The notes below the pieces were generated by a model. The model was not told where the DNA came from and ran no database searches. It was given only the letters and a program-made list of their open reading frames with translations. From positions 1-26,138 of IMG/VR virus record IMGVR_UViG_3300020191_001397: a DNA stretch of 26,138 bases. One strand, 5' to 3'. Below are positions 8,384 to 16,474 of the stretch, one piece after another (within the stretch, counting starts at the first letter, position 1; the number at the start of each line of letters is the position of its first letter). A program made the position numbers and the translations under genes. This DNA is from a virus (taxonomy: Duplodnaviria > Caudoviricetes).

Positions 8384-9694
8384 ATGACAGATATTAAAAA
8401 ATTAATACAGGATAATTTAACTCCTGATGAAATGATTAAACAAACTAAAAGTTATTGTCCTTTATTATGGAGTCATATTCATGTAACTGCAACTGGTGAT
8501 GTGTTGCCTTGTTGTATTGGGGACTGGAAAAGACCGATTGGTAATATTAATCAAGAAGATTTTGATGATATTTGGCAAGGCAATAATATGCGTACATTGC
8601 GCAAATCGTTAGTTAATGATAAAAAAGTACCACATTGTAGTACATGTTATAAAAAAGAAGATCAGAGTGGATTTAGTTTACGACATGACGCAATAACAAA
8701 GTTTCATGAAGCATCTAAACCAATGGTACTAAGCACAGACGACCAAGGCAATGCTACTGAAGCAAAACCAATATATTTAGATATCAGGTTTAGTAATATT
8801 TGTAATATGCGTTGCAAAATGTGCGGCCACTTTAGCAGTAGTAAATGGTTTGCTGACGCAAAAAAGTTAAGTACAGAACATGAAATTCATAATTACGGTA
8901 CTGGGGATCCAAACGCAACTGCAATTATTCATGGCGTAAAGGACAGTAAAAAGTTACTTGATAGATTGGAAGAGTATCTACCACATATGCAAGAAATATA
9001 TTTTGCGGGTGGTGAGCCTTTGTTCATGGAAGAACATTATCGTATACTAAACAAATTAATAGAGCTTAAACTTACCGATGTACATATAAGATACAGTAGT
9101 AATTTAAGTATTATGAAGTACAAACAAACAAATGTTGTTGACATGTGGAAACATTTTAGTAATGTATACTGTGCTGGCAGTATCGACACATACGGTAAAC
9201 GTGCAGAAAACATACGTAAAGATACTGTATGGCCAGAAATAGAACAAAACATGCAACTAATTCATAAAGAAACCCCACATGTAAAAGTAGGAATAAGTCC
9301 TACTATACAGATTTTAAATGCTTATACTGTGTGTGATTTAAATAGACAGTGGGTTGAAAAGGGATGGGTAACTAAGTGGAGCATGTTCTGGAACATACTA
9401 CAAAATCCAAGTTTTTATAATATTCAAAATTTTCCTGATCATATGAAAAAGGAAGTAGAAGATATATGGCTAAGCCATTTAGACTGGTTACGTGTTAAAC
9501 CACATAGTCCAGTTTATAGTACTATTCATACTGCTATTAAATGGATGCACAGTGAAAAATCAAATGAAAAAGAACTGATTGAAATGTGTAAGCATACACA
9601 CAGGTTAGATTTATTGCGTAATGAAGATACTAGAAGTACTTTTCCAGAGCTAAAATATATTTGGGATAACTACTGGCATGATTCCAAAGATTGA
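8384..9694 (+). CDS. Twitch-domain radical SAM protein
   Basis: CNMRCKMC, YFAGGEP, SIDTYGKRAENIR. N-terminal YCPLLW...PCC...IGNI...HCSTC. C-terminal LDLLR...FPEL. Confidence 0.9.
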   Translation: MTDIKKLIQDNLTPDEMIKQTKSYCPLLWSHIHVTATGDVLPCCIGDWKRPIGNINQEDFDDIWQGNNMRTLRKSLVNDKKVPHCSTCYKKEDQSGFSLRHDAITKFHEASKPMVLSTDDQGNATEAKPIYLDIRFSNICNMRCKMCGHFSSSKWFADAKKLSTEHEIHNYGTGDPNATAIIHGVKDSKKLLDRLEEYLPHMQEIYFAGGEPLFMEEHYRILNKLIELKLTDVHIRYSSNLSIMKYKQTNVVDMWKHFSNVYCAGSIDTYGKRAENIRKDTVWPEIEQNMQLIHKETPHVKVGISPTIQILNAYTVCDLNRQWVEKGWVTKWSMFWNILQNPSFYNIQNFPDHMKKEVEDIWLSHLDWLRVKPHSPVYSTIHTAIKWMHSEKSNEKELIEMCKHTHRLDLLRNEDTRSTFPELKYIWDNYWHDSKD

Positions 9695-10907
9695 CAGGAA
9701 TAAGCATTGGCAATGTCCCTTAATTCCAGAACTTCTAAAAACTTATAAACTATCTGAATCAGAGTCTGGCACTTATATACATTGGTGTGAGTTAAACCAA
9801 GATCCAGATAGTCATCCTGCGATTAACGGCGTCATTTCTCCATACATTCCCAAGAACGTGTTAATAGATGCACAACAAGGCAAATGTCGTATTGTTTTTA
9901 GTACATTCCAAGAAAGTACAAATCCATCTAATGATTATCCGATAGAACACTCACATGACTTTGATTTAACTCTTGAACAGTTTTGTGATAAAGAAAATAT
10001 ACCCTATAATAATGTTGTATGGGTAAGCGGAGATCTACGAGTACAACAGCGACAAAAAAGTAAAAAAATTAGAACGTTTGGGTTTACTTGCTATGGACAT
10101 GATATTCTTAGACATGTAGAATCAGAAATTGACCCCAAAGACTGGACATTAAAACCAATCACTGAACGCAATTTTGTTGCTCAATATATTTGCTTACAGC
10201 GTTTTATGAAACCTGGCAGAGTATTTTGGACTTGGTTATTAAAAAATAAACCATATCTAATGCACCCTCCTCATGGATTTATTAGTATTGCTGACAGAAT
10301 AGACGGCTGGGGTTTTTTAGATAAGGCACGTGCGTTTATTACTATTATGCAAACTTATCAAGAACATATGGCCAGTCTTAAATGGACTGACAAAGAAATA
10401 TCTGACATGTGGCACGATTTAGCAGACGTAGGATTACACACTCCTTATGTTTTAGATGTTACAGATCATGACAGTAACTGGTGCGCTGGTTCAGATACAA
10501 CTGTCAGTAGTTTACCTTGGTATAACGCCAGCTTTGCTAGTGTTATAACTGAAACAGACATTCAAAGCAGTGGGTTATTCATAAGTGAAGCAACCTTTAG
10601 AGCATTTGTGTATCAACAACCTACAATATGGGTTGGGCAACAGGGCATAGTAAAACAGCTTAATGATTGGGGATTTAAAACCTGGGATTGGCTGTTTAGT
10701 GAAGATTATGACGAAGAGCCGTACATGATAGACAGACTAATAAAGTGTAGATCAAGTCTAATGGAAATAATAGAAATTGAAAAGACTCCAGAGTTACTAG
10801 AGAAAATTCACGAACAAAACATTTACAATTGGAATCATTTAAAGGTAACCTTTAAACAAGACCAAAAAGAAAGATTTATACAAATTCTTAAAAGTATTGT
10901 TGAATAA
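9678..10907 (+). CDS. Hypothetical protein with a possible glycosyltransferase-like C-terminal domain
   Basis: C-terminal SVITET...FISEATFRAF...P.IWVGQ.G...L...GFKT resembles the (T/S)EK donor-binding segment of GT10-like/GT-B proteins. Here the usual Lys is Ala. Confidence 0.45.
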   Translation: MIPKIDRNKHWQCPLIPELLKTYKLSESESGTYIHWCELNQDPDSHPAINGVISPYIPKNVLIDAQQGKCRIVFSTFQESTNPSNDYPIEHSHDFDLTLEQFCDKENIPYNNVVWVSGDLRVQQRQKSKKIRTFGFTCYGHDILRHVESEIDPKDWTLKPITERNFVAQYICLQRFMKPGRVFWTWLLKNKPYLMHPPHGFISIADRIDGWGFLDKARAFITIMQTYQEHMASLKWTDKEISDMWHDLADVGLHTPYVLDVTDHDSNWCAGSDTTVSSLPWYNASFASVITETDIQSSGLFISEATFRAFVYQQPTIWVGQQGIVKQLNDWGFKTWDWLFSEDYDEEPYMIDRLIKCRSSLMEIIEIEKTPELLEKIHEQNIYNWNHLKVTFKQDQKERFIQILKSIVE

Positions 10908-10929
10908 ATAAACATAGTAGTTAATGGAG
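10904..10929 (+). promoter_or_regulatory. Putative internal late-type promoter plus RBS
   Basis: ATAAATA (10904-10910), AAC, ATAGTAG, TTAA, then GGAG (10926-10929) before the ATG at 10935. Near-copy of the motif at 1603-1627. Confidence 0.55.
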
Positions 10930-10934
10930 TATAC

Positions 10935-11780
10935 ATGATATTATTAACAGGAGCAAATGGATTTATAGGTAGCCATTTAAAAAAATACATGAACTGTATC
11001 ACAGTTGACAAACAAAATTGTGATTACAATGGAGACCTCAGTAATACTAAATTTGTAAATGTACTTCCTGATGATATTGATACAGTTGTACACTTAGCAG
11101 CATTTAATAGTACAAAGAATTTCTATAGCACTCCATTTAGTGTTATTGATAGTATTGTTACACCAACAATGAATTTACTTAAACGCTACCCTAATGCTCA
11201 TTTTGTATATGCTGGAAGTAGTGAAGAATATGCTGGAACTGTCAATCAGGGATGGGCGACAATTCCTACACCGGAAGACGTTCCACTGACAGTGGAAGAT
11301 ATTACAAATCCACGTTGGTGTTATGCTAGTGGAAAAATTGCAATGGAAAGTGCAGTTATTAGTCATAGTGTAGAACGTGGTAACACATATACAATACTAC
11401 GGTACCACAATGTATATGGTCCAGGACAGCAAAATCATTTTATTCCAGAGTTTATAGATCGTGTTAAAACAGGAGACTATAAACTACCTGGGTGGAGTGA
11501 CACTCGCAGTTTTTGTTATGTTGAGGATGCAGTAAAATTAACAACATCTGTATTGAAAGAAGAAAACAAAATTATTAATATTGGTAATCCAACTGAAACT
11601 AAAATTATAGACGTTGCAAATATTATTGTAGAACTCTTGCAGCTACCCGACTATTTTGAATTAGTAGATAGCCCGCCTGGCAGTACTCCAAGAAGGGCAC
11701 CTGATTTAACAAAATTAAAAAGTTTAGTCCCTGACTTTATATGGACAGATTTAAAAACAGGATTAGAAAAATGTCTTTAG
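10935..11780 (+). CDS. NAD-dependent epimerase/dehydratase (extended SDR), UDP-glucuronate decarboxylase-like
   Basis: TGANGFIG, VVHLAA, GSSEEY, RWCYASGK (YxxxK), RYHNVYGP and RSFCYVED. Confidence 0.88.
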   Translation: MILLTGANGFIGSHLKKYMNCITVDKQNCDYNGDLSNTKFVNVLPDDIDTVVHLAAFNSTKNFYSTPFSVIDSIVTPTMNLLKRYPNAHFVYAGSSEEYAGTVNQGWATIPTPEDVPLTVEDITNPRWCYASGKIAMESAVISHSVERGNTYTILRYHNVYGPGQQNHFIPEFIDRVKTGDYKLPGWSDTRSFCYVEDAVKLTTSVLKEENKIINIGNPTETKIIDVANIIVELLQLPDYFELVDSPPGSTPRRAPDLTKLKSLVPDFIWTDLKTGLEKCL

Positions 11781-12289
11781 AAACAAGCGACAATATGATT
11801 GGAAAGCAGGCGTTTTATCCTGCAGAGCGTGGGCATGTAAACTTAGTGATGATTATTTGTAATCATTGTCCATATGTACTATTCAGGATGCCAGCAATCA
11901 GTCAACTAGTAAAAGATTACAAAGATAGAGTCAAAGTATTTGCTATTAACAGTAATGATGCAAGTCCAACAACTGAAGATAGTCATCCAGAAGATGCTCC
12001 TGAATACATGGAGGATTTTATGGAACGGTGGGATTTACAATGTCCATATATTTTTGATGGCGATCAAGGTATTGCAACAGCATATGGTGCAGTATGCACA
12101 CCTGAGTTTTATGTAGTAGACACTGATGGTATTATTGTATATCATGGTGAACTAGATCCAAGTCACACTAGTAACGACTTAATGCCCACTGGCAGTAGTT
12201 TACGTCATGCATTGGATTTAACACTAGTAAATAAACCAATCAATTGGGAACCCAACCCTAGTTTTGGATGTAGTGTAAAATGGAAATAG
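11771..12289 (+). CDS. Thioredoxin-fold / AhpC-TSA (peroxiredoxin-like) protein
   Basis: CNHCPYV, AINSND, YGAVCTPEFY, YHGELD and terminal GCSVKW. Start moved from 11741 to ATG 11771 (MSLETSDNMIG), which fits the family N-terminus and shortens the overlap. Confidence 0.85.
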   Translation: MSLETSDNMIGKQAFYPAERGHVNLVMIICNHCPYVLFRMPAISQLVKDYKDRVKVFAINSNDASPTTEDSHPEDAPEYMEDFMERWDLQCPYIFDGDQGIATAYGAVCTPEFYVVDTDGIIVYHGELDPSHTSNDLMPTGSSLRHALDLTLVNKPINWEPNPSFGCSVKWK

Positions 12290-13074
12290 GTGTTGTTGGT
12301 TTAGGAGTTGTAGGTAATGCTTGCAAGTCAGGTTTTGAAAAATGTGGATACAATGTTAGTGTACATGATTTAATTTTAGGCACCAGTATATCTGACGTAC
12401 TAAACACAGAAATATGTTATATTTGTGTTCCTACGCCAAGTAATCAAGATGGTAGTTGTAATACTGAAATTGTAGACAGTGTAGTACACGAGCTATTTGA
12501 AAATAATTATACTGGTATTTGTGCTATAAAAAGTACAATTAAGCCTGGACATACTAATAAACTTAACCAAAAATACAATACAGATCGTATTGTATTTGTT
12601 CCTGAATTTTTAAAAGAGCGCAGTGCAGAATATGATTTTGTTTTTGATCATAAACTATTATTAGTGGGTACTGAAAATATTAATCATTATTATGTTGTTA
12701 TACGCAGTCATGGAGATTTACCCAAGAGTCAAATGCGTGTAACACCAACTGAAGCAGAAATAATGAAGTATTATCATAATACATTTAATGCTACTCGTAT
12801 TGTTTTTGCTAATGTGCTTTTTGAGATATGCGAAAAAATAAATGCAGATTATGATGTTGTTAAACACGCATTTTTAACCAATAACAGTATGCCAGATGAG
12901 TATTTAGATGTAAGTAAAGATTTACGTGGCTATGGTGGTGCATGCTTGCCCAAGGATGTGTTAGCAATGCAAAAACTATGCGAAGCATTAGAACTACCAT
13001 ATGAATTTTTTAAATTATTAGATGCTGAAAATAATAAATTTGAAACTACAGTTTTTGAGGGTATGAGAAAATGA
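12280..13074 (+). CDS. UDP-glucose/GDP-mannose dehydrogenase family protein lacking the C-terminal domain
   Basis: GLGVVG, ICVPTP, KSTIKPG, PEFLKE, AEIMKYYHN (catalytic Lys/Asn) and GYGGACLPKD (catalytic Cys). Only 264 aa. Confidence 0.88.
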   Translation: MEIGVVGLGVVGNACKSGFEKCGYNVSVHDLILGTSISDVLNTEICYICVPTPSNQDGSCNTEIVDSVVHELFENNYTGICAIKSTIKPGHTNKLNQKYNTDRIVFVPEFLKERSAEYDFVFDHKLLLVGTENINHYYVVIRSHGDLPKSQMRVTPTEAEIMKYYHNTFNATRIVFANVLFEICEKINADYDVVKHAFLTNNSMPDEYLDVSKDLRGYGGACLPKDVLAMQKLCEALELPYEFFKLLDAENNKFETTVFEGMRK

Positions 13075-13448
13075 ATTGTGAATATTTAGAACCAGAAGTT
13101 TTTGAAGACCATAGGGGAGTAATCAGAAGTTTTTATCCTGACGAAGCGGTAGTAGAATATAACTTAATGACTATTAAAAAGGGAGAAATCAGAGGGTATC
13201 ATTATCATCCTCACTTCCATGAGTATATGCTAGTAGTACATGGCTGTTGTATGTTTACTGAACTTACGGATAAACCTATTAAAAAAATATTATATGAAGG
13301 TGATAGTATACGTATACCAATTGGTACAGCTCATAGTTTTGAAGCATTAGAAGATATGAAATTTGTAAGTATGCTTACACGTAAATGGCACAGTAGTGAC
13401 CCCCCAATAGTAAAGGTTGATGACAATGGACATGAAGTTACATCTTGA
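13071..13448 (+). CDS. Cupin-fold protein, RmlC/FdtA-like NDP-sugar epimerase/isomerase
   Basis: FEDHRG, IRGYHYHPHFHEY and IPIGTAHSFEALED cupin motifs, in a sugar-pathway context. Confidence 0.75.
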   Translation: MNCEYLEPEVFEDHRGVIRSFYPDEAVVEYNLMTIKKGEIRGYHYHPHFHEYMLVVHGCCMFTELTDKPIKKILYEGDSIRIPIGTAHSFEALEDMKFVSMLTRKWHSSDPPIVKVDDNGHEVTS

Positions 13449-14268
13449 CACTGGAAAAATATTGACTATAAAACTCGTAGATCATCATTTAATACGAGAA
13501 TGGGCAAATCTTTTTTGTAGTCTACCACTTGAAGAAACTGAAATATCTAGACTAGAAAATCGTAGTGATAGTTTTGACAAGAAAAAATTTGACGAATTAT
13601 TTGACGTTTTAGTTACTGGAGTTAAAGCATACGGCGGTCCTGAGTTTATTATCAACGATTATAGTGACTTTCCAAGTATGCAAAAGTTACTTAATAAGAT
13701 GCACCATTGGTGTGTTGAATTAGTACAGGATAAACATCGAAATCAAGATTATCCAGAATATCATAACGATGTGACAACCATTGGAAAACTTAATAGTCTA
13801 TGTCACCAATGCGAAACATTGTTGCCTGGCGGAACTAACCCATTACCAGAATCATGCAGACATATATATTGGGACCAACAGGTAAGTAGAGAGTATTATA
13901 ATAACAGTGCTATGAAACTAACAGATGAATGGCTTGATTTGATGACAACAGAAAAGTATGATGTTTATCTTGCCAAACGTATTTTAGGAAAAGACTACAG
14001 AGAAGCCTACAGGGACAATGATGATCCAACTTATAATGAAATGCAACCATTGGGTGATAGAATACCATTGGCAATGGAAGTAGATCCATTGAATCAATGG
14101 CAAGACTTATTTAATTTACAAGAATTTTTAGATTACTTGCCAGTACCTCCTACACCTAATAATATTGGAAGAATACCAATTGGTAACATGGTAAGTCAAG
14201 TTGACAATATTGAAGATGTATTGTATAATAGTAAGATAATAAGGGCTACATTAAATGAATCCATTTGA
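13417..14268 (+). CDS. Hypothetical protein, paralog of 14862..15845
   Basis: Shares LNxxHxW, NxxxHxxE, LGKxY...DxP and IGxIPxG with 14862..15845. Exact start among the N-terminal Mets is uncertain. Confidence 0.6.
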   Translation: MMTMDMKLHLDTGKILTIKLVDHHLIREWANLFCSLPLEETEISRLENRSDSFDKKKFDELFDVLVTGVKAYGGPEFIINDYSDFPSMQKLLNKMHHWCVELVQDKHRNQDYPEYHNDVTTIGKLNSLCHQCETLLPGGTNPLPESCRHIYWDQQVSREYYNNSAMKLTDEWLDLMTTEKYDVYLAKRILGKDYREAYRDNDDPTYNEMQPLGDRIPLAMEVDPLNQWQDLFNLQEFLDYLPVPPTPNNIGRIPIGNMVSQVDNIEDVLYNSKIIRATLNESI

Positions 14269-14860
14269 TCTAGTTCATAAATTTGAAGAGCAGATTGCAG
14301 AATACACCGGTGCTCCTTACGCAGTTGCAACAGATTGTTGTACACATGCGATTTATCTAAGTTTATATTATTATAAAAAAGAACACCCTGGTGTCAATTA
14401 TGTAACGATACCAAAAAATACATATGTAAGTGTTGCAATGCAAGCTCAACATCTTGGATTAACAGTTGAGCTAGAAGATATAGAGTGGGAAGGCGCATAC
14501 AGTATTGGAAATACACGGGTTGTAGATAGTGCCGCAAGACTGTATCGGGGGTGTTATCAATCAGGTAAATATCAATGTCTTAGTTTTCAATTTAAAAAAA
14601 TATTAAGCACAATACGTGGTGGTATGATACTCACAGATGATAAAAAATTCTATGATTGGGCACAACGAGCTGTGCATGACGGTCGCGATATGAGTGTACC
14701 CTATGAACAGGACACTATTACATTTGCTGGCTGGCATTATTTTATGACACCAGAAACTGCTGAATTAGGACTTGCTAGATTACAGGTATTACCTGACACA
14801 AATAATGATTGTGCTGGAAGCTACACATATCCAGATATAAGTTACATAAAGGATTTTTGA
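14255..14860 (+). CDS. Short DegT/DnrJ/EryC1/StrS-family PLP-dependent aminotransferase
   Basis: FEEQIAEYTGAPYAVATDCCTHA, DSA, SFQFKKILSTIRGGMILTDD (PLP Lys region) and GWHYFMT...AELGLARL. Only 201 aa. Confidence 0.82.
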   Translation: MNPFDLVHKFEEQIAEYTGAPYAVATDCCTHAIYLSLYYYKKEHPGVNYVTIPKNTYVSVAMQAQHLGLTVELEDIEWEGAYSIGNTRVVDSAARLYRGCYQSGKYQCLSFQFKKILSTIRGGMILTDDKKFYDWAQRAVHDGRDMSVPYEQDTITFAGWHYFMTPETAELGLARLQVLPDTNNDCAGSYTYPDISYIKDF

Positions 14861-14861
14861 T

Positions 14862-15845
14862 ATGAAATCAAAAAATGAAATGTTAATACATTTTAAAAGT
14901 GGAAAAGTTCATATAGCTTTAATTGATAATGATTTTGTTAATGGTTGGCGTGAGAACTTAATGAAAATGGAAATGATCAACACATGGAATGAAAATCTAT
15001 TTCCTGAAGTGAAACTGCATACTAGTGAAATATTAGAAATAAGATCAAAGTACAGCAAAAAGTTTGACAAGCACGTTGACGAGTTAAAAGAAAAATATGG
15101 CATTTCCTTTCCAGGAAAAATGGATTCTAGCACAGTAAGTCAGGAACGACTTAATTTATTACATAAATGGGTTACGCATGGAGCATTTACACGTAGTAAT
15201 TGGGAATTACCAAATGCAAAAATAACTGACATAAACAACAGTAAGTGGAATCATTGGAAAGATTATAATTTTAGACAAGACCATGAACCAGAGTTTGAAG
15301 TCTCAGACGAAATAGCAGAAGATGTAACTCGTATTCTTTTTGAAATGAATTGTGATATACATTGGTATGAAGAAACTATCACTAGTCCACGTGTCCAACA
15401 GTTATTAGATTGGGGATACAATTATAATGATGGCTATCATGTTATTCAGAGATATACTAGTGGAAAAATGGAAGCATTTGATGTTCTAGAAATACCAAAC
15501 GAATATAGAAAGTTTTGTACATATGATACAGAACCAGACTTATGGCTACCATTTGCAGTGCTGGGCAAGGAATATTATACATGTTGGGTTAATATGGATA
15601 ACCCAAGTCAATTTGATATGACTAATATTGACAAAACATATGCACCTGGTTGGGAACTTCAACCAAATAGTTTTACTGTAGATGTATTACAAAAGAAAGA
15701 ATTTCAACAATGGTTAACTGATCATTTAGTACCTACAAACCCTTTTTGTATTGGAAAAATTCCACTTGGTTACTGCATTAATAAAAAAGATTTAGATTGG
15801 AGTCGCATCCTACAAGAGCAGGTAATTAAAGTAGAATGGCTTTAG
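14862..15845 (+). CDS. Hypothetical protein, paralog of 13417..14268
   Basis: QERLNLLHKW, MNCDIHWYE, VLGKEYY...DNP and IGKIPLG. Confidence 0.6.
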   Translation: MKSKNEMLIHFKSGKVHIALIDNDFVNGWRENLMKMEMINTWNENLFPEVKLHTSEILEIRSKYSKKFDKHVDELKEKYGISFPGKMDSSTVSQERLNLLHKWVTHGAFTRSNWELPNAKITDINNSKWNHWKDYNFRQDHEPEFEVSDEIAEDVTRILFEMNCDIHWYEETITSPRVQQLLDWGYNYNDGYHVIQRYTSGKMEAFDVLEIPNEYRKFCTYDTEPDLWLPFAVLGKEYYTCWVNMDNPSQFDMTNIDKTYAPGWELQPNSFTVDVLQKKEFQQWLTDHLVPTNPFCIGKIPLGYCINKKDLDWSRILQEQVIKVEWL

Positions 15846-16474
15846 TATACAATCAAAATAACTTTAAAAACAAAGTCATTGTTACTCCTGCTAGAAGTGG
15901 GAGTAGTTGGCTAGTAAGTGCGTTTGAAAGACAGGGATATAATTCGTTCCCATTAAGTATGAGCGAAAATTCCAGCCTTAGTCCTGCATTGCAAGATTTA
16001 GCAATATCTGATTATAATGTTGATGAGAGAATTGAGTATATGCATGATTGTCAGCCCTTTGTTACAAAAGTTTTTTGCGATGATCCAATTGACTTAAATA
16101 GATTACTTTATTATAAAAATGGAACAGAGTTTATTTGGCTGTATCGAAAAAATAAAGTTGAGCATTTTTTAAGTAATTTACTTGCATGGGAGACTTCAGT
16201 ATTTCATATTGAGGACAAAGTATATAAGACTCCAGATGACATAGATATTACTGACGAGCATATGTATACATATGAAACTATTTTGATACACGAATACACG
16301 ATGTACAACAAGTATAAACATATGTTTAATTATGAAATTGAATATAAAGAAATATTTGATAATAACCCATGGGGATTAACTCATACTGATAACATGCCAG
16401 TCAAAGTAAACAAATATAATACTGCTTTGTTGCAAAAAGCAGAATCAAAATTAAAAGAATGGGATTTACTATGA
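15836..16474 (+). CDS. Sulfotransferase-like protein (Stf0-like, P-loop fold)
   Basis: N-terminal TPARSGSSWL (5'-PSB-like loop), IWLYRKNKVEHFLS (3'-PB R...S) and IEYKEI. Confidence 0.65.
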   Translation: MALVYNQNNFKNKVIVTPARSGSSWLVSAFERQGYNSFPLSMSENSSLSPALQDLAISDYNVDERIEYMHDCQPFVTKVFCDDPIDLNRLLYYKNGTEFIWLYRKNKVEHFLSNLLAWETSVFHIEDKVYKTPDDIDITDEHMYTYETILIHEYTMYNKYKHMFNYEIEYKEIFDNNPWGLTHTDNMPVKVNKYNTALLQKAESKLKEWDLL

